Below are positions 9,538 to 17,701 of a stretch of DNA of 64,000 nucleotides, one piece after another. The stretch covers positions 38,989-102,988 of the forward strand of contig CAZGJD010000005.1 in the NCBI GenBank assembly GCA_964526385.1. The letters run 5' to 3'. The notes beneath the pieces are model-generated. The model had not been told where the DNA came from. It was given only the letters and a program-made list of their open reading frames with translations, and did not search any database. Origin of the DNA: an uncultured Candidatus Poseidoniales archaeon. GTDB taxonomy: Archaea > Thermoplasmatota > Poseidoniia > Poseidoniales > Poseidoniaceae. Position 1 is the stretch's first letter. Each line of letters opens with the position of its first letter. The position numbers and the translations under genes are program-made.

Positions 9538-11211
9538 CTAAGGCAGAGGCTCTATCTGGCCAGTAGCTTTCCTCAATTCTTCTAATGAATTTTTGAAATC
9601 AATATCTTCATCGTTTACCACGGAGTTACCGCAATTCCAGACGGTTGTTGCCGCGGCACGCCAGGCTCCACCCCTTTCTCTTGCATTTGGTGAAAAATGC
9701 CAATCTTGACCAGTCGATTTGTTACAAGCAAGAAGCCACGCCCAAGCAGCGGATTCGCTATCGATATCCTTGTGTTTTGACATAGCAATTTTCTCTGCTT
9801 TGCCCATTCCATCAACAAGCCCGATTATTGTAAGGTCGTAAATTACACCTACTGGTCCAGATATTTCTCCCTGTCTGTATGGGAATTTATCTAAAATATC
9901 AGATTTCGAGATTTTGTCTTGTATGTCTTTCAGGAATTTACCGAAAGCCCGCTTTTTCGTGTTTTGCATAGCCCATAACTCGGAAGCCATCTCTTCAGAA
10001 ATTCCTATGCTTACTAGACCCTCTTTCCCATAATCTTTCCACAAGGCAGACAATACGTCATTACAAGAATTGGCTGCGATTTCTAACGCATCACCTTCTC
10101 GCTCATCGGTTTTACCCCCCTGTCCAATTCTAATACCTGAATTATTCGCTAACTGCATCATCTTTGTAGCCAACTTTTTCTCTAACTCAGATCCGTTTAG
10201 TTCAGAAGAAACATCTTCCACATTTTCAAACCATTTTTCTCCGACTATGTAACCACTCGGGATGTGGTGAATTACGGTTAATTTAACTCTCTTGCCGATG
10301 GACCCCTCATCTAATGTCAAGCCCATCCAAGCGTCTAGAATTCTGTCAATGGCTTCCTTTGCTTCATCTTGTCCTGCCCCTTCCGGATACCAAACAGCAT
10401 CAGGCGTCATTACATTTGACAAGTTGGGAGGGAGCATCGATAAGGCTAAGTCATGTATAAACGAGGTTTTGCCTTTATTTTTCGCCAATTCCTCGAAACC
10501 GATTGCAACCTTGTTGCCGTTTATGAAATTTAGTAGGAGATATCCCTCTCCTGCCATCTCACTATTTGATACAGATTCCAAATCCAGTCCCTTTGTAGCC
10601 CATATTCCATCTTTACTATTGAAATCGAATCGCGACCTTGAAAGCACATCAGCAAGCCACCCCTCTGGTAATTTAGGCTCTGGACCCGAACAAACAAAAC
10701 CCCCCTGCCATGAGAAAAAGAAGTAACCTCGCTTTGCATGCTCTTCCCAAGGAAGCATTCGCATTGTAGGGAGGTGGTGATTTTGTATTCCTGCAAGATA
10801 CATGATTTTTCCATCACCCTTTCTCACAAATGATGCACTTCCAAAGGACTGATGTTTGTAATCACCGACAATTGAAATCTCTTTTTCATGCGCTGCCACT
10901 AAAGAACCAGCCATAGCTTTTCCAACAGGGTCACCACGTTTCGCCATCATTCTTTTTGATAGGAATTTTACATCATTTCGCTTTTGCATAATTTTCCTCA
11001 ACTCTGCGAGAGTTTTGGTAACTGGGTCAACCCTTCCCCATTTGAGCTTGCCAGTCCAAGTCATGGCCGGAAGTAATGTCTCACCCTCTTCCAACAACTT
11101 GTCAAGATTTTTCCTTAACCGCTTTTGCGTATCGAGGTTTGCCTGTTTTGTTCCACGCATCCTCATGCGTTGTTTTTGGCCAGGAAACTCGACCTTACTC
11201 GGTTGCGCCAT
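9538..11211 (-). CDS. Hypothetical cytoplasmic protein (about 557 aa), no recognisable domain
   Basis: A long ORF with a balanced composition, lying directly downstream of dphB on the same strand. Start placed at the Met at 11211 (MAQPSKVEF) to avoid overlapping the dphB 3' end. I recognise no motif in it. Confidence 0.5.
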   Translation of the reverse strand: MAQPSKVEFPGQKQRMRMRGTKQANLDTQKRLRKNLDKLLEEGETLLPAMTWTGKLKWGRVDPVTKTLAELRKIMQKRNDVKFLSKRMMAKRGDPVGKAMAGSLVAAHEKEISIVGDYKHQSFGSASFVRKGDGKIMYLAGIQNHHLPTMRMLPWEEHAKRGYFFFSWQGGFVCSGPEPKLPEGWLADVLSRSRFDFNSKDGIWATKGLDLESVSNSEMAGEGYLLLNFINGNKVAIGFEELAKNKGKTSFIHDLALSMLPPNLSNVMTPDAVWYPEGAGQDEAKEAIDRILDAWMGLTLDEGSIGKRVKLTVIHHIPSGYIVGEKWFENVEDVSSELNGSELEKKLATKMMQLANNSGIRIGQGGKTDEREGDALEIAANSCNDVLSALWKDYGKEGLVSIGISEEMASELWAMQNTKKRAFGKFLKDIQDKISKSDILDKFPYRQGEISGPVGVIYDLTIIGLVDGMGKAEKIAMSKHKDIDSESAAWAWLLACNKSTGQDWHFSPNARERGGAWRAAATTVWNCGNSVVNDEDIDFKNSLEELRKATGQIEPLP

Positions 11212-11236
11212 AAACTCTCCACCAACACTCCCATGT

Positions 11237-12085
11237 TCATTCCTTCGACCATCTGTAAAGGGCCTTTTCTTCAGTATCACTCAATTCTGCAGGAATTATT
11301 AGACAATGCAGTCTACCGTATTCGAAGTTACCTAAATTTTCGACATCGGTATAAGCAATTACTTGGTCGTCCGTTCCCATATCGCTACATAGGACTACAG
11401 GTAAACTTCCAATTTCTGAACAAATTGTTTTACAGGCATCAATTTTCATGAGTTGATATTTTGTATCTTGCGGAAAATCATCAACCGATTTTTTCAATTT
11501 TTTCGACATTAGGAGAAGGGAATTACTCGCATTTACTGGACTCATGGGTATTTGCTTTCCAACCCCTTCTCCGGTTGGGTCTAAATCGAGTAAGACAAGA
11601 GTGTGTAAATTCTGTATTCTGTTAGTAGCAATGACTTCTAGCGGGGATGTTGCGACCCAGCCGTTGTAAGGGTATGTCAGAGTGGTTTGCCTTCCAAATT
11701 TGTAGTTTGATAAGCCAACCGCACCGGTCACTAAACCGGTAATCGACGTTCCATGAATTACTCTACACGTCACGCCATTTTCCATCGCTTGCAATTGCAG
11801 ATCAACATGAGTTGTTGCTTGAAGCGGGTCTCCAACTACCAAAATGGCGACTGCAGAACTCTTCGCTAGTTCAAGGATCTCGATCGGATTTTCAATTTCA
11901 GGGCGCATTACGGTGGTAACTTCTCCAATTTCTTCTTCTAATTCCTTGATGTTTTTCTCACTCCACAATGCAGTGTAAGATTCGTAGAATCGGTGGTCTG
12001 CATTTTTCGAGGCCTCAATTGCCTCTAACGTCATTCCTTTGATTCCACCAAGGCCTATGCCAATAAGAATCAATTCCGCCGTCAT
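11237..12085 (-). CDS. dphB: Diphthine synthase
   Basis: ELILIGIGLGG..MTLEAIEA....YESYT and VAILVVGDPLQATTHVDLQLQA....VIHGTSI are typical of the tetrapyrrole-methylase-fold Dph5/DphB. Confidence 0.8.
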   Translation of the reverse strand: MTAELILIGIGLGGIKGMTLEAIEASKNADHRFYESYTALWSEKNIKELEEEIGEVTTVMRPEIENPIEILELAKSSAVAILVVGDPLQATTHVDLQLQAMENGVTCRVIHGTSITGLVTGAVGLSNYKFGRQTTLTYPYNGWVATSPLEVIATNRIQNLHTLVLLDLDPTGEGVGKQIPMSPVNASNSLLLMSKKLKKSVDDFPQDTKYQLMKIDACKTICSEIGSLPVVLCSDMGTDDQVIAYTDVENLGNFEYGRLHCLIIPAELSDTEEKALYRWSKE

Positions 12086-12122
12086 CCTCAAACACAACCT
12101 TCGCTTGGACTTAGCGAAGACA

Positions 12123-13148
12123 ATGCGTCATTTGAGCGTGCCGAGCAAAAAAACCGCCTATTGGCGAGAGGAATTGATCAATCAAAATTGGTTTGCTCAT
12201 GGTTATGCAATACACAACCTCGGAGATAGGAGAGGATTACCTTTGAACAGCGATGCCCCAAACGAAATCGAGGGGCTACCTGTCGTTGACCTTGACCCAA
12301 TAACTAGTGGGCCAAAGCACTGGGTACAACGTTTAGAATCAGAATTGTATGAAAAGTATAGAGAATTTTGGCCGATGAGTCATGACCAAATTGGAGATGT
12401 AGTCATAATTAAGATTCCTGACGAGATTAACTCCTATGGAAAAGTGATCGCAGAAGCAATAATTGCTCAACAGCCAAATGTAAGAATTGTGTGCGCGGAT
12501 AATGGAGTAAAGGGTAAATTCCGCGTTAGGGATTTAGAGATTTTATCTTACACAACCTCAAATTCAACTAAGACTAAAGTCAAAGAAAACGGCAATGAAT
12601 TTTTCACTGATCCCGGAAGAGTTTACTATTCACCAAGGCTTGCTACTGAAAGGCAGAAAACAATCGATACGGCCAAGAAACTATCACAAAAACTCGGACG
12701 TGAAATATCGGTTTGCGACCCATATGCAGGCGTAGGCCCGGCACTGGTACCACTTTCGAAAATGGATGAAGTTGGAGAACTATATGCTTCTGATTTAAAC
12801 CCGGAAGCTTACAAACTACTACAAGAAAATCTTCCCGGAGCGTGGGTTAATTGTGAAGACGCAAGAAACCTATCAAACCAAATCCCAAACTGCTGTGATT
12901 TACTCCTCGTCAACCTCCCTCATTCTACACTAGACCATCTCAAACACTTAGTTGGATTACTAAAAACAGGGCACAATGTGGTAATCAAGGGGTGGACAAT
13001 AATTGATGAATCGGGCATTTCGACAATTGAAAATAGAATAAACGAGATATTCTTGCCAGAACAAATTCAAAGGCTTAAAATCGATACTCAGAAATCATAT
13101 TCACCATCTGAGGTTTATGCCAACTTCGAGCTAGAAATAATAATCTGA
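12123..13148 (+). CDS. trm5: tRNA (guanine37-N1)-methyltransferase Trm5 / Taw22-like (Met-10+ family)
   Basis: Matching blocks are GDVVIIKIP, FRVRDLEIL, FFTDPGRVYYSPRLATER, VCDPYAGVGPA (SAM motif I) and LLVNLPHS (the NLP motif). Confidence 0.65.
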   Translation: MRHLSVPSKKTAYWREELINQNWFAHGYAIHNLGDRRGLPLNSDAPNEIEGLPVVDLDPITSGPKHWVQRLESELYEKYREFWPMSHDQIGDVVIIKIPDEINSYGKVIAEAIIAQQPNVRIVCADNGVKGKFRVRDLEILSYTTSNSTKTKVKENGNEFFTDPGRVYYSPRLATERQKTIDTAKKLSQKLGREISVCDPYAGVGPALVPLSKMDEVGELYASDLNPEAYKLLQENLPGAWVNCEDARNLSNQIPNCCDLLLVNLPHSTLDHLKHLVGLLKTGHNVVIKGWTIIDESGISTIENRINEIFLPEQIQRLKIDTQKSYSPSEVYANFELEIII

Positions 13149-13162
13149 CAGCCGTTTATTTG

Positions 13163-13315
13163 ATGAACATCCTCAATATCGTAGGTAACATGCAGACCAA
13201 AGTTAGGTGCCAGTGCGGTGCTGAAAGCGATATCTCAGGAGTAAGCCCGAGACTGAATGGTATCGATGTTTACTGCACGGTTTGTGGGACAGTGACCAAT
13301 CACGACATTTCATGA
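13163..13315 (+). CDS. Small zinc-ribbon protein (50 aa), not in the ORF track
   Basis: ATG at 13163 to TGA at 13313-15 gives MNILNIVGNMQTKVRCQCGAESDISGVSPRLNGIDVYCTVCGTVTNHDIS. It has a CxC...CxxC metal-binding pattern. There is no other support. Confidence 0.3.
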   Translation: MNILNIVGNMQTKVRCQCGAESDISGVSPRLNGIDVYCTVCGTVTNHDIS

Positions 13316-13363
13316 AAATGTTCGGTTACAAGTTCGATTACGCTTCATCATGAAGTGGACGAT

Positions 13364-14419
13364 TCATTCTAAATCATCACGCTTTATTGCGACAATAATG
13401 GCGATCAGAACAAAGACTTCCACAAATCCAACTGGGTAAGGGAGGTAGGACGAGTCGTCCTCGCCGCTCTTTGTGTCAATTAGGGATGTAGGAGTATAAT
13501 CATCTAAAGTAATCATCGCCCACTCTAGATCTCGTGGCAAATCTGCGGTTAGAAATTCGTGACCGTCACTGTTAATCAGGAAATCATCTTCAATCCTAAT
13601 TCCAAACCAACCATCATGGTATATCCCTGGCTCTACCGTCAATGCATCCCAAATCATCAATGGTTGCTCATTGTAATTCAATCCAAATAATGGGTCAGAG
13701 CGAGTGCTTGATAGAAGGGGGGGTTCGTGAACACATACGCCAAAACCATGCCCTAAACTGTGGATGAACAAATCGCCGAACCCCTGGTCTTCAATATGTG
13801 TTCTTGCGATATCATCAGGAACCCATGCTGGAGTCCCGGCTTCTAATACTGGGAAGGTTAGGTTTTGTGCATCATAGACAGCCATGTATGAATCGATAAT
13901 TGTTTGATTTGTAGTCCCTCCTACGATGTATGTTCGCGTTACATCGCTTACCCAATCGTTGACTCTTGCACCTAAATCAACAACCACAACATCTCCAATT
14001 TCAACAATTTTGGGCCCGGCGCCGTTATTTTCTGGGTCACCATGAGGTATTGCGCCATTGGGACCAGAAGCAACAATTGTGTCAAATGAAGGCCAATTTG
14101 GATTAGACCCGTTTTCTTCCATTGCACGATCTATTTCGTCGGCGATTTGTCGTTCTGAAAGTTCATCACCATTCAGAACTCTCCACAGTTGATATCTTGC
14201 AACCTCCTGCCCTATTGACGCCAACCTAACAGATTCTCTAATCGATTCGTCCTTGTCAGGTGAAATACCGGTTGGGGATGGAAACCAACCGTTCAGGGCA
14301 CGCTCTACCTCCGTCTCGCATGCTACCGCTAATGGACTCATTAAAATGAGAATCAACAGATAAGCAATAACTCGCACAAAGTTAGCGTGTTCACAATCAT
14401 TCAAGAACGATTCGGACAT
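13364..14419 (-). CDS. Membrane-anchored M24-family metallopeptidase (Xaa-Pro peptidase-like catalytic domain)
   Basis: Pita-bread fold motifs are present: VVVDLGARVNDWVSDVTRT, HSLGHGFGVCVHEPP and PGIY....GIRIEDD. The N-terminus has a hydrophobic signal ending AVAC, and the C-terminus has a TM helix (FVEVFVLIAIIVAI). Start at the Met at 14419, because the longer track ORF runs through the tRNA-Asp gene. Confidence 0.7.
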   Translation of the reverse strand: MSESFLNDCEHANFVRVIAYLLILILMSPLAVACETEVERALNGWFPSPTGISPDKDESIRESVRLASIGQEVARYQLWRVLNGDELSERQIADEIDRAMEENGSNPNWPSFDTIVASGPNGAIPHGDPENNGAGPKIVEIGDVVVVDLGARVNDWVSDVTRTYIVGGTTNQTIIDSYMAVYDAQNLTFPVLEAGTPAWVPDDIARTHIEDQGFGDLFIHSLGHGFGVCVHEPPLLSSTRSDPLFGLNYNEQPLMIWDALTVEPGIYHDGWFGIRIEDDFLINSDGHEFLTADLPRDLEWAMITLDDYTPTSLIDTKSGEDDSSYLPYPVGFVEVFVLIAIIVAIKRDDLE

Positions 14420-14445
14420 CCACAAATGGCTATCGGTGTAGCATT

Positions 14446-14520
14446 TGGCGCCCGTGCCGGGAATCGAACCCGGGTCGAGGCATCGACAACGCCTCATGAT
14501 AACCGCTACACCACACGGGC
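14446..14520 (-). tRNA. tRNA-Asp (GUC), 3' CCA encoded
   Basis: The reverse complement is GCCCGTGTGGTGTAGCGGTTATCATGAGGCGTTGTCGATGCCTCGACCCGGGTTCGATTCCCGGCACGGGCGCCA. It folds by hand with a 7-bp acceptor stem, anticodon loop TTGTCGA (GTC), T-arm CCGGG/TTCGATT/CCCGG, discriminator G and CCA. Confidence 0.9.
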
Positions 14521-14570
14521 AACACTTTGCCGAGCGGCAACCGCTATTTAAGCCCCGCTCTGTGCCCTAC

Positions 14571-16028
14571 ATGGTGGGGGACATGGCCGACAAAAAAACA
14601 TCAGCAGAAAAAAATAGAGAAGATGAGCAAAACGCTGCAGCAGATGATATGTTTGGTGGCGCGTTTGGAGGTTTAGACCAGATGGAAAACCCTCCCGAAC
14701 CAGAACAAATGCAAGAAAACGTAGACAAATCAGGGAATGAACCCGAAGAACCCCATGAAACTCCACCGAGTGGGACGCCATCCGGACCACTTTCAGGCCC
14801 TCCAAGTGGACCACCATCCGGACCGCCAAGCGGACCGCCGTCAGGCCCACCATCAGGCCCTCCAAGTGGACCACCATCAAGCCCTCCAAGTGGACCACCA
14901 TCCGGCCCACCATCAGGCCCTCCAAGTGGACCACCATCCGGCCCACCATCAGGCCCTCCAAGTGGGCCACCATCCGGCCCACCATCAGGGCCACCATCAG
15001 GGCCACCAACTGAATTAGATACTCAAGCACCGGCAGAAGAGCCACAAGAAGAAGTCGAGGAACTTACAGTAGTTGAAGAACCATCTGGTGACGAATCCAT
15101 TGAAGAAATTGTTGAAGACTCACTAGAAGAAGAACAACCAGAAACTGTAGAATCCGTGCATGAGGAAGAAGTTTCTACTGACGTGGAGGAAATACAAGAG
15201 GACGCAATCGAACAGATACCTGAGAAAGAGGTTGAAATTAAACAACCTTTGGAGGCCAACCAACCATCAACACCAGACGTGTCCAATCGCGCTAAAGCCG
15301 CAGAAAAGGAGGTCGTTAGATTATCCACCGAAGTTAGCAGTTTGAGAAAATCACTTTCTGGAGCCGCGCAGGTGATAGAGGAATTAGAAATGGAGCCAAT
15401 GCCACCTGCAGTTTTGGCAGCAGATATTGTGGTTCCCGACCATTTAGTTGCAGACATAGCGCGCTTGTCAAGGCAATTAGATAGAGAGCAGTTAGTAAGA
15501 GCAAATATGGGCTCAATCGCAATGCTACATCCCGGCATGCCCGGAGTTATGATCACAACAAGGCAGGGAGCAGTTCTCCCACGTCTAAATGAAAGAGGTA
15601 TAGTTGGAGCCAGATTAGGTCAAGGCGCACCAGACGGTGCACCTTCAGATTGGCGAGTTTTGGAGGTTCTGTTAGCTTCAACATCGCTCGTTACAGGAGG
15701 CCCTGCCGCCTGCATTCACATGACCGGTGCTTACACAACTGCTGTTAGTTGCGAGAAAGACCTAATTTTGTGTTCACCTATCGATGAAGTTGGAAAGAAG
15801 TCCTTAGGGAAAATTGTAATTGTAGACCCAGATGATGCGAATCCTGAAGATTTCTTGAGACAAACCGCTGAAGCCTTACAGCAAGGTGGAAACAAGTGCG
15901 TTGTAATCAGAGGTCACGGCGCTTATTGCGTTGGTGGAGATTTAGATGATGCCTGGGCAAACGCCGCTGTTCTTGAGCACAGCATGAAAATAGTACTACT
16001 AGCAAGGCAAGCAAATCTAAAGGTTTGA
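14571..16028 (+). CDS. Repeat-containing protein: acidic N-terminus, (PPSG)n tract, E-rich/coiled-coil region, C-terminal class II aldolase/adducin-like domain
   Basis: The C-terminal region (about 190 aa) contains CIHMTGAYTTAVS and VVIRGHGAYCVGGDLDDAWANAAVLEHSMKI, which resemble class II aldolase/adducin-head domains. The usual HxH metal site reads HMT. Start at the ATG at 14571 or 14583, because the track ORF start overlaps the tRNA. Confidence 0.6.
   Translation: MVGDMADKKTSAEKNREDEQNAAADDMFGGAFGGLDQMENPPEPEQMQENVDKSGNEPEEPHETPPSGTPSGPLSGPPSGPPSGPPSGPPSGPPSGPPSGPPSSPPSGPPSGPPSGPPSGPPSGPPSGPPSGPPSGPPSGPPSGPPTELDTQAPAEEPQEEVEELTVVEEPSGDESIEEIVEDSLEEEQPETVESVHEEEVSTDVEEIQEDAIEQIPEKEVEIKQPLEANQPSTPDVSNRAKAAEKEVVRLSTEVSSLRKSLSGAAQVIEELEMEPMPPAVLAADIVVPDHLVADIARLSRQLDREQLVRANMGSIAMLHPGMPGVMITTRQGAVLPRLNERGIVGARLGQGAPDGAPSDWRVLEVLLASTSLVTGGPAACIHMTGAYTTAVSCEKDLILCSPIDEVGKKSLGKIVIVDPDDANPEDFLRQTAEALQQGGNKCVVIRGHGAYCVGGDLDDAWANAAVLEHSMKIVLLARQANLKV
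14764..15009 (+). repeat. In-frame 12-nt tandem repeat (about 20 copies) encoding (P-P-S-G)n
   Basis: Imperfect repeats of ccaccatc(a/c)gg(a/c)cc / cctccaagtgga, with a higher-order 36-nt unit. The translation is SGPPSGPPSG.... The repeat also creates a spurious antisense ORF at 14548..15045. Confidence 0.9.
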
Positions 16029-16036
16029 ATGCAAAA

Positions 16037-16333
16037 TCATAGGTTTCGCCAAGAGCCTGCATTGTAAGCTTCGATTCCGTTCGCATTCAATATTCTGACC
16101 GCCTTTCCGCTCCTCATTCCACTTGCGCAACAAGCAATGATTGGGACTGATTTTTTCTTGAGTGAATTTAACTTAGATTCTATATTTTGTAGTGGAATAT
16201 TTTGCGAACCCTTGAAATGTCCTGATTTAAATTCAGAAGGAGACCTAACATCTATCACTACAGCTCCATTTTGTAACAATTCATCGATATTTACATTATT
16301 TCTAGAAAATATTGATTTTAAAAAATTCAACAT
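16037..16333 (-). CDS. Single-domain rhodanese (sulfurtransferase)
   Basis: VIDVRSPSEFKSGHFKGSQNIP is followed by the active-site loop CCASGMRS. At 98 aa the size is typical. Confidence 0.8.
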   Translation of the reverse strand: MLNFLKSIFSRNNVNIDELLQNGAVVIDVRSPSEFKSGHFKGSQNIPLQNIESKLNSLKKKSVPIIACCASGMRSGKAVRILNANGIEAYNAGSWRNL

Positions 16334-16342
16334 AAAATCACC

Positions 16343-16735
16343 TCATGGGTATACGACATCATTCCCACTTTCTTTCCAACCGGTTATTCCAACTTCTAGT
16401 TCAACAATATTGGTATAACCTAGGTCAATCAAGCTTTGTGCAGCGTCTTGAGACCGATTTCCACTTCTGCAATATAACATTATCAAATCGTCCATATCGC
16501 TTGGAAGCTCATCTTGGCGGTCTACAATTTCTGAGTGGGGTATTAGTGTAGCGCCCTCAATATAACCATCAGAATTCCATTCACTTGTAGTCCTAACATC
16601 TAGCAAAAACCCATCGGGATTTTCTTTAATTGTAGTTTCAAATTCATCTACCCCAACTCTATCCCACTGAGGATCAACTGTACAACCTGCTAATGATATT
16701 GTCAATACCATCAGCAAGGGTAGAATTTTATTCAT
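16343..16735 (-). CDS. Rhodanese-domain lipoprotein (exported)
   Basis: Starting at the Met at 16735 gives MNKILPLLMVLTISLAGC, a lipobox-like signal. LDVRTTSEW and the active-site loop CRSGNRS follow. Confidence 0.75.
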   Translation of the reverse strand: MNKILPLLMVLTISLAGCTVDPQWDRVGVDEFETTIKENPDGFLLDVRTTSEWNSDGYIEGATLIPHSEIVDRQDELPSDMDDLIMLYCRSGNRSQDAAQSLIDLGYTNIVELEVGITGWKESGNDVVYP

Positions 16736-16800
16736 AAATTTTCTATCGAAAATTAGTATATTAATGTGCTTTGAGAATACCCACAAACCCCATTCCAATT

Positions 16801-17391
16801 TCAAATCGCTCTATTTGCCGCACAAATTTTCACGAAGTTGTCAAACATTTCTTTGCCAAATTCAGAGTCATTTACTTCGGGGTGAAATTGTAATCCGAAC
16901 CTGTCCCCTTTTTCATTTTCCATTCCTTGAACTACGCATGAATCACTGGAGGCTGTAATGAAAAATCCCTCCGGCACTTCGTGAACTTCATCGTTGTGAC
17001 TCTCCCAAACGATTTGCGTTTCATTTGTACCTGCAAAGATTTTACCTCCTCCATTTTGTAATTTTATTTCCATGGCGCCATATTCAGGCTCTGGGGCCTC
17101 TCTTGCATCTCCTCCGTAATGTCTTGCCATAAATTGATGACCAGCACAGATTCCGAGTATTGGAATATCCAACTCCAAAAACGCAGCGCAATTACCCAAT
17201 TCGCCAGTAAGGCCAATTCTTGCAGCGCCTCCTGATAGAATCAACCCGTCTAATTCTCTCAATTCGGAAATGGGCGTTGTATTTTCGATGATTTGGGTAT
17301 CTACGCCAAGGTACCTAAGCATCCTCCATTCTCTATGAGTCCACTGCCCACCATTGTCAACAACATCGATTACAAGAGGCGTTTCGACCAT
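16801..17391 (-). CDS. guaA: GMP synthase (glutamine-hydrolysing) subunit A, class I glutamine amidotransferase
   Basis: DNGGQWTHREWRMLRYLGV, ILGICAGHQ (catalytic Cys) and LQFHPEV are collinear with the archaeal split GuaA-A proteins of about 190 aa. Confidence 0.8.
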   Translation of the reverse strand: MVETPLVIDVVDNGGQWTHREWRMLRYLGVDTQIIENTTPISELRELDGLILSGGAARIGLTGELGNCAAFLELDIPILGICAGHQFMARHYGGDAREAPEPEYGAMEIKLQNGGGKIFAGTNETQIVWESHNDEVHEVPEGFFITASSDSCVVQGMENEKGDRFGLQFHPEVNDSEFGKEMFDNFVKICAANRAI

Positions 17392-17470
17392 GTTGTCTGC
17401 CTACCGCGCGCCATCTTTGAACATTCTTACAGTAAAGGACACCTTCAAAGAGGGGAGGCCGGTCGGGGGA

Positions 17471-17653
17471 ATGAGCGTGAGTGTAATGGCTGAACTAACA
17501 GTTGACTACAAATGCCAAAACTGCGGTACAATTCAAAGTTTCACACGTGACCGTGATGGAAAGTGGCACCCAACAATGACTTGCAAGCATTGTGGTAACA
17601 GAATCTTCGTGAAATTACGTAGAACAGGGCACAAAATCCTACAGGCAGAATGA
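17471..17653 (+). CDS. rpoP: DNA-directed RNA polymerase subunit P (Rpo12/RPABC4-like zinc ribbon)
   Basis: YKCQNCG....CKHCGNRIFVKLRR matches the RpoP/Rpb12 pattern CxxC...CxxCGxRIxxKxR. The start could be the ATG at 17471 or at 17486. Confidence 0.55.
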   Translation: MSVSVMAELTVDYKCQNCGTIQSFTRDRDGKWHPTMTCKHCGNRIFVKLRRTGHKILQAE

Positions 17654-17701
17654 ATGATTCTATCGAGGGGTTGAAAGACCCATTTCATTGTAGCGTTACT
17701 C

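Noticed and set aside
14420-14497. N-terminal extension of the M24 peptidase ORF, and the start of ORF 14445..16028.
   Set aside because: Both extensions run through the tRNA-Asp gene (14446-14520). Internal Met starts at 14419 and 14571 were used instead.
14764-15009. A regular short repeat array that could be mistaken for a CRISPR array or minisatellite.
   Set aside because: The period is 12 nt with no spacers. The array is in-frame inside a long ORF and encodes (PPSG)n, so it is a coding low-complexity repeat.
14548-15045. A 165-aa minus-strand ORF (MV/HLEGL repeats), together with the +2 frame ORF at 14737..15018.
   Set aside because: Both are reading-frame shadows of the PPSG tandem repeat.
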